The notes under the pieces were generated by a model, which saw only the letters and a program-made list of their open reading frames with translations, was not told the DNA's origin and ran no database searches. DNA of 64,000 bases from Macrostomum lignano (lineage: Eukaryota). The translations under genes and the position numbers were made by a program. Location of the stretch: NCBI GenBank assembly GCA_002269645.1, contig NIVC01000942.1:62001-126000 (forward strand), in the 5' to 3' direction. Positions 25,293-36,189 of this stretch are shown in pieces. Each line of letters starts with the position of its first letter. Position 1 is the stretch's first letter.

Positions 25293-25878
25293 ACAGACAC
25301 ATCGGTAGCAGACACTTCAGTAACAGACACTTCGGTAACAGACACTTCGGTAACAGACACTTCGGTAACAGACACTTCGGTAACAGACACTTCGGTAACA
25401 GACACTTCGGTAACAGACACTTCGGTAACAGACACTTCGGTAACAGACACTTCGGTAACAGACACTTCGGTAACAGACACTTCGGTAACAGACACTTCGG
25501 TAACAGACACATCGGTAACAAACACTTCGGTAACAGACACTTCGGTAACAGACACTTCGGTAACAAACACTTCGGTAACAAACACTTCGGTAACAGACAC
25601 TTCGGTAACAGACACTTCGGTAACAAACACTTCGGTAACAAACACTTCGGTAACAAACACTTCGGTAACAAACACTTCGGTAACAGACACTTCGGTAACA
25701 AACACTTCGGTAACAAACACTTCGGTAACAGACACTTCGGTAACAGACACTTCGGTAACAAACACTTCGGTAACAGACACTTCGGTAACAAACACTTCGG
25801 TAACAGACACTTCGGTAACAAACACTTCGGTAACAAACACTTCGGTAACAGACACTTCGGTAACAGACACTTCGGTAA
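25293..25878. repeat. 15-bp minisatellite (CACTTCGGTAACAGA), about 39 copies
   Basis: Direct; it explains the NRHFG/LPKCL/VTEVS/YRSVC ORFs. Confidence 0.95.
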
Positions 25879-26598
25879 GAGCTGCACCAGAAAGAGCTTT
25901 GCAGCCTAAATAGCCATGGTGGCTTCGAGCACAGCAGCAATTTAATGAGACAGTTGGTTCGCAGCCAGCGAGGTGTCAAACGGCCATTCCGCCGAACCTG
26001 AGCACGCACGCAGACACACGCTCACGCAGGGTGTACAGCGGTCCCCGAAACTTTTTCATAGTCTGTCACATGCAGATGCGAAATATCTAATGACTAGAAT
26101 CGCAAACACCAGGGGCGAAATACCGCTCTAAAGTATTTTTAAAAGTAGCCGATCGCAAATGCTCAAATTTTGAACTATTAGCTTGCTTTCAGTTGGTTTC
26201 GCATTAAGCACGGTTGAAATATGAATCATCTCCTCAGTTCCCTTTGCTCCGTCGGCCCCGCAGTTGGCCCCTTATAGCTCTCATTTCTACAGATGAACAA
26301 CCAATGCACTCGTTCGTTGGAGGAGCCACGGAGCAAAAAAATAGAAAATAGTTGAGTCCTGACTCCGACCAAATGATACTGATAAATAAATCTATTTTTA
26401 ATCAGTGCTCAAGTGAACCAACTTGACACCCTCAGGCAAAATTATTTCTTGCAATGAGCTGATTAAGGACTTGATATGCATCCCTTTGGATGAAATACAG
26501 ATGGATACTTCTGCACTGGGGCGTACAGTGCAGCATAAAAGCCTATTCTACAATGCTTTTATATCATTGAATTTGCCATATGCGAATTCAATGGCAAA

Positions 26599-26796
26599 AT
26601 GCAGCTAAGCCCGTCGCTGGGAATTTTCGCTGCAGTCGAAGGCGGAAACACTTCGCAGTGGATTCGGGTTCGAGACGACCTGCACGGCGAGTACACCGAA
26701 ATCGGAGCCGTGGCTGCCGCAAATTCCATCGCGTGCTGCTCGAGCGGAATGACGGCTGCACACGCGGTGCAGTTCGATGAGGCTCAGAGACTGTGC
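26599..26796 (+). pseudogene. Truncated exon-1 fragment of the PAN-FReD family
   Basis: Near-identical to exon 1 of copy 3, including the upstream TTGCCATATGCGAATTCAATGGCAAA. It has a 12-bp deletion in the signal peptide and breaks off after QRLC into AT-rich repeats. Confidence 0.85.
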
Positions 26797-27776
26797 ATTA
26801 TAGTGCATTAATGATATTATTAATAATGACAATAATAATAATAGTAATAATATTAATAATGATAAATGGAGTAGACTTCTGTGCACCCTGGCGCAACGCC
26901 TTCAGCGAGATCGTCCCACAACCAGCACTGACGCAATTCGGCCCTTTCCTGAGCACAGACAAGCTCGCCAATTCTGTACTCAGACACCACTCACACACTC
27001 GCTCACACAGGGACACAGGGTGTACATCGGTCCTGAGGTCTTGAAGTACTCGTAGGCTGAAATTTGACTTTAACTATTAATATTTCCAATTTTTAACTTG
27101 AATGCAGACTGTTACTGACTGACTGAGAAGTCGGTACGGCTTCGTATGACTTTTACTCTCACCGAGTTGATGCAAGTGTTGAGTTATTAGTGCTACCTAC
27201 AATTCATGTCATCGATTCGATGAGAACTAGCCTAGATTGAACAGACTGAAATGCTAATGCAGAGACCTAGGTTCGAATTCTGAGGTTGTGTGACAATGTC
27301 GCTTGGAGTGCGCCAGGGTGCACAAGGATCTTCAGACTGGATCTTTAAAACTGTTTAGATATTATATTAGAGATAAAAGCAACTTTCTTGGTATCTCAAA
27401 TCAGCTTCATAGAGCATAGCTTTTTTGATTGCAATACCCAGAAGATACAGTTCATATTTTCTGCATTGGAAAACATTTGAAAAGTTCGTGTATGTTAAAT
27501 TATGCAAACTTAAATAAGCCTGAATATGAATATCAACAGTAGGAGCCTCGCATGCTGCAGCTGACACCCTTGCAGCTTTATCAACTGTAGAAAGAAATTG
27601 TGCAAAATTCAAATTGCAAATTGTTGCTATAAAAGGAAATTTGCTATTTAAAACGAAATTTACTCGTATCTCCGCAGCGTACTGTGCTACTAACAGTAGA
27701 AGCTGATTTGAAGTGAATATCCCTTTCTTTGCTCTTTTTCTTGCTTTCGTTAAAGTATAGCTGCAAGCCGGTCCAC

Positions 27777-29315
27777 TTAGCCGCGGACAATGACCTCCTC
27801 ATTGGTGGTTCCGGGCGCGGCTACCGAGAGCTCCGTTGATGCAAACAGACGGCAGAGCTGCAGCTTTCGGGAGAATTTCACAGCCCGACAGCTGACGGAT
27901 GCCTGGCATTCGGTGGCGCACTCGACCAGGTGCGAGCGATGGACGATCGCTCAGGTGAGATGGAGACGGCGGTGCGGTCAGCTGCCATCTCGAAGTACTG
28001 GCTGCCACCTGGGAACATCAGCAGTTGGCTTTTGTGTCAACGATGGCATCATCAAAACAAAGATTGGCGTCACATGACACCACAGACTAGCTCATGGCGC
28101 CTATCTGACACCCTAGATTGGCGCCCCCTCTGACAGTCGTGATTGGCGCCACATGACACCAGACTAGCTCATAGCGCCTATCTGACACCCTAGATTGGCG
28201 CCCCCTCTGACAGTCGTGATTGGCGCCACATGACACCAGACTAGCTCATAGCGCCTATCTGACACCCTAGATTGGCGCCCCCTCTGACAGTCGTGATTGG
28301 CGCCACATGACACCAGACTAGCTCATAGCGCCTCATCTGACACCCTAGATTGGCGCCTCATCTGACAGCCTCGATTGGCGCCCCTCTGACAGTCTTGATT
28401 GGCGCCACATGACACCAGAATAGCTCATAGCGCCTCATTTGACACCCTAGATTGGCGCCTCATCTGACAGCCTTGATTGGCGCCCCCTCTGACAGCCTTG
28501 ATTGGCGCCTCCTTTGACAGTCTTGATTGGCGCCTCATCTGACAGCCTCGATTGGCGCCCCCTCTGACAGCCTTGATTGGCGCCTCATCTGACAGCCTCG
28601 ATTAGCGCCTCTCTGACAGCCTTGATTGGCGCCTCATTTGACAGCCTCGATTGGCGCCTCTCTGACAGCCTTGATTGGCGCCTCATTTGACAGCCTCGAT
28701 TGGCGCCCCCTCTGACAGCCTTGATTGGCGCCACATCTGACAGCCTTGATTGGCGCCCTTTCTGACAGCCTCGATTAGCGCCTCTCTGACAGCCTTGATT
28801 GGCGCCCCCTCTGACAGCCTTGATTGGCGCCACATCTGACAGCCTTGATTGGCGCCCTATCTGACACCCACCTAAAACCTTGGCTCACAGACCCGCTTTT
28901 TGACAACCATGGTTCCGATTACTTGCCGTTATAGACCAGCCTGAAGACCGAGTTTCGGTAGCCTCCACCGCATTTCTGAACAAGCCGAGCCGCACTCAAT
29001 CTCCTGTCTCCGGCCGAATCTGCCGTAGGAGTTGCTGCAGAAGCACTCGTTGCCAATTTGCAGTGCAAAGTACAGAAAGTCCAGCGCTGAGCAAATGTCA
29101 CTGCAGAACTCGTGAGTCATGCCAGAGTTTAGTAGGAAATAATTTTTCACCAAGTGCCCCTGGACGGAGCTCTGGCCAGCGAGTCCCGCCAGGTCCCGGT
29201 CAGCGGTGTCGATGAAGTACCCGATGTAGCTGAAGCTGACCATTTTTTCTCCAATCGAGCTCTGCTGCCACAGAAGCAGAAGAAGCAACACGAAGCTGAG
29301 GCAATGTCTGGGCAT
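27777..29315 (-). pseudogene. Signal peptide-WSC-PAN gene, disrupted (or mis-assembled): exons complement(28927..29315) and complement(27777..28008)
   Basis: Exon 1: MPRHCLSFVLLLLLLW signal peptide, then a WSC pattern YIGYFID..RDL..MTHEFC..C....YFALQ.G.ECFC.NSYG..G....C...C, then a frameshift to KCGGGYRNSVF. Exon 2, hand-translated: GSQYFEMAADRT..(1-nt shift)..HRSHLVECATECQASVSCRAVKFSRKLQLCRLF, a PAN/apple pattern. A phase-1 GCAAGT donor at 28926 matches the TTCCCAG acceptor at 28009. The intron is filled by a minisatellite. Confidence 0.7.
28060..28868. repeat. ~20-bp minisatellite (TGACAGCCTTGATTGGCGCC) with ~68-bp higher-order units, in the WSC-PAN intron
   Basis: Direct tandem units. Confidence 0.9.
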
Positions 29316-29589
29316 TGGGATGTCGATTGAGGGCTCAGAAATAGTTCAGAGAAAATGAGGGACAACAGAAAAATTTATGCTTCTTAAATTCCCAAAAATA
29401 TCCGACAAATGCTTTTTAAACTGCTGAACGTCAATGGGAGATGCCATTACATATTACATATTCATACTTTCTCTTCCGGTTAAAACGGAAGCTGCATCCA
29501 TTTCCTGTCCGACTGCTGCACGCGATTGCATGCGCTGCTGACTGATGCTCTGGTTGTCAGCACTTTGTTTCCATCGGAGTCGGTCTGAG

Positions 29590-31698
29590 TGTGTCTTAGT
29601 GTCTGTCCCAGTATCTCTGTCCTAGTGTCTGTCTTAGTGTGTCTTAGTGTCTGTCCCAGTATCTCTGTCCTAGTGTCTGTCTTAGTGTGTCTTAGTGTCT
29701 GTCCCAGTATCTCTGTCTTAGTGTCTGTCCTAGTGTCTGTCTTAGTGTGTCTTAGTGTCTGTCCCAGTATCTCTGTCTTAGTGTCTGTCCTAGTGTCTGT
29801 CTTAGTGTCTGTCCTAGTGTCTGTCTTAGTGTGTCCTAGTGTCTGTCTTAGTGTGTCTCAGTGTCTGTCCTAGTGTCTGTCTTAGTGTCTGTCCTAGTGT
29901 CTGTCCCAGTATCTCTGTCTTAGTGTCTGTCCTAGTGTCTGTCTTAGTGTGTCCTAGTGTCTGTCTTAGTGTGTCTCAGTGTCTGTCCTAGTGTCTGTCT
30001 TAGTGTCTGTCCTAGTGTCTGTCCTAGTGTCTGTCTTAGTGTGTCTTAGTGTCTGTCCTAGTGTCTGTCCTAGTGTCTGTCTTAGTGTGTCTTAGTGTCT
30101 GTCCCAGTATCTCTGTCTTAGTGTCTGTCCTAGTGTCTGTCTTAGTGTCTGTCCTAGTGTCTGTCTTAGTGTGTCCTAGTGTCTGTCTTAGTGTGTCTCA
30201 GTGTCTGTCCTAGTGTCTGTCTTAGTGTGTCTTAGTGTCTGTCCCAGTATCTCTGTCCTAGTGTCTGTCTTAGTGTGTCTTAGTGTCTGTCCCAGTATCT
30301 CTGTCTTAGTGTCTGTCCTAGTGTCTGTCTTAGTGTGTCTTAGTGTCTGTCCCAGTATCTCTGTCTTAGTGTCTGTCCTAGTGTCTGTCTTAGTGTCTGT
30401 CCTAGTGTCTGTCTTAGTGTGTCCTAGTGTCTGTCTTAGTGTGTCTCAGTGTCTGTCCTAGTGTCTGTCTTAGTGTCTGTCCTAGTGTCTGTCCCAGTAT
30501 CTCTGTCTTAGTGTCTGTCCTAGTGTCTGTCTTAGTGTGTCCTAGTGTCTGTCTTAGTGTGTCTCAGTGTCTGTCCTAGTGTCTGTCTTAGTGTCTGTCC
30601 TAGTGTCTGTCCTAGTGTCTGTCTTAGTGTGTCTTAGTGTCTGTCCTAGTGTCTGTCCTAGTGTCTGTCTTAGTGTGTCTTAGTGTCTGTCCCAGTATCT
30701 CTGTCTTAGTGTCTGTCCTAGTGTCTGTCTTAGTGTCTGTCCTAGTGTCTGTCTTAGTGTGTCCTAGTGTCTGTCTTAGTGTGTCTCAGTGTCTGTCCTA
30801 GTGTCTGTCTTAGTGTCTGTCCTAGTGTCTGTCCCAGTATCTCTGTCTTAGTGTCTGTCCTAGTGTCTGTCTTAGTGTGTCCTAGTGTCTGTCTTAGTGT
30901 GTCTCAGTGTCTGTCCTAGTGTCTGTCTTAGTGTCTGTCCTAGTGTCTGTCCTAGTGTCTGTCTTAGTGTGTCTTAGTGTCTGTCCTAGTGTCTGTCCTA
31001 GTGTCTGTCTTAGTGTGTCTTAGTGTCTGTCCTAGTGTCTGTCTTAGTGTGTCTTAGTGTCTGTCCTAGTGTCTGTCCTAGTGTCTGTCTTAGTGTGTCT
31101 TAGTGTCTGTCCTAGTGTCTGTCCTAGCGTCTCTCTCAGTGTGTCTTAGTGTCTGTCCTAGTGTCTGTCCTAGTGTCTCTCTCAGTGTGTCTTAGTGTCT
31201 GTCCTAGTGTCTGTCCTAGTGTCTGTCCTAGTGTCTCTCTCAGTGTGTCTTAGTGTCTGTCTTAGTGTCTGTCTTAGTGTCTGTCTTAGTGTCTGTCTTA
31301 GTGTCTGTCTTAGTGTCTGTCCTAGTGTCTGTCCTAGTGTCTCTCTCAGTGTGTCTTAGTGTCTGTCCTAGTGTCTGTCCTAGTGTCTGTCTTAGTGTGT
31401 CTTAGTGTCTGTCCTAGTGTCTGTCTTAGTGTGTCTTAGTGTCTGTCCTAGTGTCTGTCTTAGTGTGTCTTAGTGTCTGTCCTAGTGTCTGTCTTAGTGT
31501 GTCTTAGTGTCTGTCCTAGTGTCTGTCCTAGTGTCTCTCTCAGTGTGTCTTAGTGTCTGTCCTAGTGTCTGTCCTAGTGTCTCTCTCAGTGTGTCTTAGT
31601 GTCTGTCTTAGTGTCTGTCTTAGTGTCTGTCTTAGTGTGTCTTAGTGTGTCTTAGTGTGTCTTAGTGTGTCTTAGTGTCTGTTTTAGTGTCTGTCTTA
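29590..31698. repeat. 2.1-kb satellite of 10-12-bp units (TAGTGTCTGTCC / TAGTGTCTGTCT / TAGTGTGTCT) with higher-order blocks
   Basis: Direct. The near-identical ORFs ending at 29873 and 30461 imply a ~588-bp higher-order repeat. Confidence 0.93.
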
Positions 31699-32052
31699 GA
31701 AGTGCGGCATGCAACTCATCGGGCGAGCAGCTTGAGTGTATGAAGCTCAGCATCATGTCGAGAGACTCCTTTGAGGCAGAGTGGTGAGATTGTGGGACTC
31801 CCAGGCCTTAATTAAACTGAGACGTATGCCATTCTTTTCCAGCATTATGAAGAGCAGAGGCTCTGCATGGTAGGTCTTAAGTCCAGGTGTGTCCAGAGTG
31901 AGCGGCAAGTGTTTCTTAAAGGTGAACTTGATGAGTTTAAACAGCTGGCCCTGGACTGTGCTCAGCTGTATCACGATGTCTTCCTCTTGGAAGCTGAAGC
32001 TCACTTTGAGCTCGTTGGTCGAGCTCCCGGTCTGGTCGCCCAAATCGCCCAA
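31698..32052 (-). pseudogene. Fragment of a Mab-21/cGAS-like nucleotidyltransferase (C-terminal helical region)
   Basis: ELKVSFSFQEEDIVIQLSTVQGQLFKLIKFTFKKHL..GLKTYHAEPLLF.MLEK....KAWESHNL, then after frameshifts KESLDMMLSFI..S.SPDE and CMPHF. This matches the Mab-21 pattern SFS..E..l...Q.....LlK....gL.sYH.Kt.lf...e....W...nl....L.....PH(Y/F)F. The catalytic N-terminal part is not seen, and the 3' end is cut by the satellite. Confidence 0.65.
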
Positions 32053-33160
32053 AGGTGAAATTTATCATTATTATACGAGCTATGGAAGCAGTTTTCGAAT
32101 TCTGTTCTCACAGAAACTGCTGCAGCATGGCACGTGTCGTGTGCAGGCCGCAGACCGCACGCCGTGGCTTTCTCTGAGCTTTTCTAGTACACAATGTGCG
32201 TCAAAGCGTGGTTCGGACCGTGTCATTTTTTATTTATAACATTAAATGCTCAAAAAATTGTTAATATAAATGTCAGAAGAGAAACTGAAAGCACTTTATT
32301 ATAGTAAATATAAGATGCGGCTCAAGACTATGGTAGCTTAAAATCTTCAAAAAAACTTTTGAGTGGGTTGTATTGAATTGGGTAGGGAATAGGTAAATTA
32401 AATGATTCCAGAGCTGGTGGTCAGTATTTTTTTCGCGGTCAAAGCTGATGACAACGGCATCGGCTTAATTAATTGAGTTCCCAGGAATTTGACGTCTTGC
32501 ATGGCATTTCCACCATTGGTCATTTAAAGAGGCATCAAAAACGCAAAACTTTCTAAGCAAGACCATACTCCACTGATCACCACATTAGATGGACTCGATT
32601 AAACTCGCAATTCGTGGAAAAATATCTCTGCAAGCCGGGGATGAAGCTGACTCGAGTCTCCAGACTTTTCCCCACAAATGGAAATTTGTTCTCCCACCAA
32701 TGTAATGCAAACTTGAGAGCTTTTGAAAAATAAGTGTAATGCACGCAATGGGTTAGTGAGCCACTGGAAGCCACTGTGACGGATTCGGCTAGTGAAATCG
32801 CAGAATTTGAGTCACTTTGCCTCTTACATCCGTGGGAACCATAACAGATGGCATCCATCTGAAGCTGCTCTCTCTTCACTGCGGAACATTCTCTAGATTT
32901 CATAGAAATGGAATTCCAAATCAGATAAACAATTCACAATTTCTCCGCGACTGTGTCTAAAGAATTGAGTGCAAGTAGGTGTACCGCTGCCACTGGATAC
33001 AGTGGAGCAACACTAAGAATGCCTTCCCGTTTGACTTGCAAAAAGAGAATTTCACCCCAAAGGGGACGAAACTAAGCATAAAACTCCTCCCATTCTCATG
33101 CCACCGCAGGGGCAGATATCCCGAATCCGTGAATCTGCATATCCTGCATCTGCGCCAGAG

Positions 33161-34140
33161 ATGCAAATCCATGCTTTTCTGTGCCTGTTGCTGGGAATTT
33201 TCGCTGCAGTCGAAGGCGCCAACACTTCGCAGTGGATTCGAGTTCGAGACGACCTGCTCGGCGAGTACACCGAAATCGGAGCCGTGGCTGCCTCAAATGC
33301 CGTCGCGTGCTGCTCGAGCGGAATGACGGCTGCACACGCGGTGCAGTTCGATGAGGCTCAGAGACTGTGCCGACTGTTCGCGTGTCGCGGAGGCTGGCGC
33401 GGATGCAGGAAGTGCAGAAATGCTGCGAACTCCAGCCTGCCGCATGTCTGGGTGAGCTGATTAGTTCTAGTCTCCATGATTTCGTTGAAGCCGTCTCAGC
33501 TTCTACTGGATGACGGGAACTGCTCACATTTCAGGTTCGAAAGCTGGGAGACGGTCGCTCGTGCTGGCGGACATTCCAGCACCGAGTGGACGCCTCCGTC
33601 AATTTCAACGAAAGCTGGGCCAAATACGCGAGCGGCTTCGGACAGGGCGAGAACGCGAACTTCTGGATCGGACTGGACAATCTGCACCTGCTCACGAGAG
33701 ACGCCGCTCTCCCTGTTCGATGGGAGTTCAGCGACTGGAACGGAACTCTGAACTGGATGGAGAACGCCTTCTTTCAAGTCGATAGCGCGACTACAAAGTA
33801 CAGAGTGAGCGTCGGAGAGCAGCTGATGGACAGGTCGACTGTGAAGCAGTGCTCTGACAACAGTACTTCGAGCATGAATGGTCAGCAGTTCTCGGCTCCG
33901 GATCAGGACAATGACGTTGCTACAGGCGGAAGCTGCGCTGCCTTCTACGGTGGAGGCTGGTGGATGCAGGCCTGCTGCTGCTTGTTCCCGAACGGTCCGT
34001 ACGTCAGCCTGCCTGCCGCGCTGCACCTTATCACATACTCTCGTGGAATCTGCGTGAAGGACTCTGCTGGCATCTACCCGTTTAACAAGCGGTACTCGAT
34101 GAAGACGTTTGAGTGCCTGCTGATGGTTGACATGGCCTGA
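33161..34140 (+). CDS. PAN-like + FReD protein, copy 2: join(33161..33451,33535..34140)
   Basis: Same exon structure, splice sites and motifs as copy 1; intact frame. Confidence 0.88.
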
Positions 34141-35140
34141 GTGCCAAAGCTTTTTCCAACATTAAAATAACTCTGATTGTTTGACCCTTGGGTAATCATC
34201 ACTCAGCTTTTGCTGCGTGAGAGCAGTCGAGTGCTTGTTTGCATGGAAGGCAAATAACTTGGGTTAAGTTTTATAAAGAATCATAAAGAATGGGCACTTG
34301 CTAAAGAAGCAAGTGCCTATTTTAAAGAAATGCTGTACCCAAGGAACATGGGGTTAATAACTCTGCTGTTCGGGACCACTTGCTACAGTGTGATAGCTGT
34401 TGTAATTAAGAGCCACCTCAACTATTTTAAGTCATTGACTCTTGTAGACAAGATCATAAATTTACCATACTTGACGCCATGTACATTAAGGCTCTCAAAC
34501 CAAACACGAATCTTCCAGCTGATTTTCGTGCACAAGTCTGAAATGAATGTCACCGCGACTGGAATCGACTCAGGGGTCGTAGCGTTCACCACAGAGCTGC
34601 TCTTCACCCTAATCTTGAACAGTCCTTCAAACGTATCCGTCGATGGTGCCAGCCGTGAGCACACGAGCCACCTGTATGCGATAGATTTTTTTGCCTAAAT
34701 CTTGCTCAAAATTAGCGAATATGCAATCTCACTGCTGATTAATGGCAGTCGCCTATCAATAGGACTCAAAAATATTTCTACCTGCCTTAAAGATAAGTGT
34801 ACGAGCAAAGTACCTGTCAAGTGTTCGAATGGCCAAAGGTTTTTAGAGAAGTTCGATGCCAGACAACATAATTGGTCTTTAAAACAGTTTCCGTGATACT
34901 GTGACGCTTCGGTGCCTGAATGCTCATTACAGTTATGAATTATGCATGCGTGTGTACGTGTAGAAACCATCAGCAGTGCTTATAAAGATTACAGTAATCT
35001 TTAACGGAGTCGAACGGAGGAGATCTTCATCTACTCTTCATCTGGCCTATAAAGCCAGCCTCGCCGTGATAAGGTAAGCTTCTAGACTGCATGTCGTTTG
35101 GAGGCATCAAAGTGCAGCTAAGCTCGTGAAGGCGGTAGCG

Positions 35141-35802
35141 ATGGACATCCCGTGTTTGCTGCTTACGCTAGCTGTAATACTTGGCAAGCCTGATGTCGAA
35201 TGTCAGAGGGTATCCATTGCCGAATGGCGCCTGACAAGAGAAGACTTGAAAGGGGAATACGAGCTTATGGGTATGCAAGCATGAAGAGCGATGGCCTGCG
35301 CCATTGCTGGCATGAGCGCAGCGCATGCTGTGCAATCCGATGAAGCTCAGAGTCTGTGCTGACTGTACCTGTGCCTTGGAGGCTGAAATGGATGCAGAAA
35401 ATGCAGGAACGCCCGAAATTCAAGCTTTCCGCATGTCTGGCAGAGTTGAACGCAGAGAAATCTTGAGTCTCTGAGTTTGATTTTCCATTTTTACAAAATC
35501 TGCACTAAACTTCCATGTTCGAAAACTGAAACGTCAATTTTTTCTGGCGGACATTCCAGCACCGAGTGGACGCCTCCGTCAATTTCAACGAAAGCTGGGC
35601 CAAATACGTGAGCGGCTTCGGGCAGGGCGAGAACGCGAACTTCTGGATCGGACTGGACAATCTGCACCTGCTCACGAGAGACGCCGCTCTCCCTGTTCGA
35701 TGAGAGTTCAGCGACTGGAACGGAACTCTGAACTCTGAACGCCTTCTTTCAAGTCGAAAGCGCGACTACGAAGTACAGAGTGAGCGTCGGAGAGCAGCTG
35801 AT
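35141..35802 (+). pseudogene. Degenerate PAN-FReD paralog: diverged exon 1 with stops, plus a near-identical exon-2 fragment (35544-35802)
   Basis: MDIPCLLLTLAVILG..IAEWRLTREDLKGEYELMG* aligns with ISQWIRVRDDLLGEYTEIG. The donor is lost (TGG|CAGAG), there is a TGG>TGA change at ~35700, and the C-terminal subdomain is missing. Confidence 0.8.
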
Positions 35803-36189
35803 GAAGAGGCCGGAATCGGCATGTCTGCCGGTCTCCTCGCTAACTGTGGATCGACTTTCGCCTTGACTTCTGGCAGCGCTCACAACCCCCTGCAAATTAT
35901 TGTAACTGCGAGTTTTCCTGCCTACATGTACTTGCAACGGTAAATTAAATTAAAGATCCGCACCTTTGCTGTTGGGGCCGGAGCCGACAAAAAATATGGA
36001 AGCTGTTTCCAATTGGCAAATTATATTTCAGCTTCTGTGTTTAATTGCGGGTTGCGAAATGAAAGAAGAAAATTTAATGGCTTACTTTGTTGCCTTCACC
36101 ACTGGGAATGAAAGCAGATGGTTGCAGTTCCATGTGGGAGAGAAACTTGTTTGCGACAAACAAAAAAATAAAAAAGCCCCGCATGCAAG

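Noticed and set aside
25199-26009. NRHFG-repeat ORF that looks like a neuropeptide (HF-amide) precursor
   Set aside because: A 15-bp repeat open in most frames, with no signal peptide and no dibasic cleavage sites flanking each unit.
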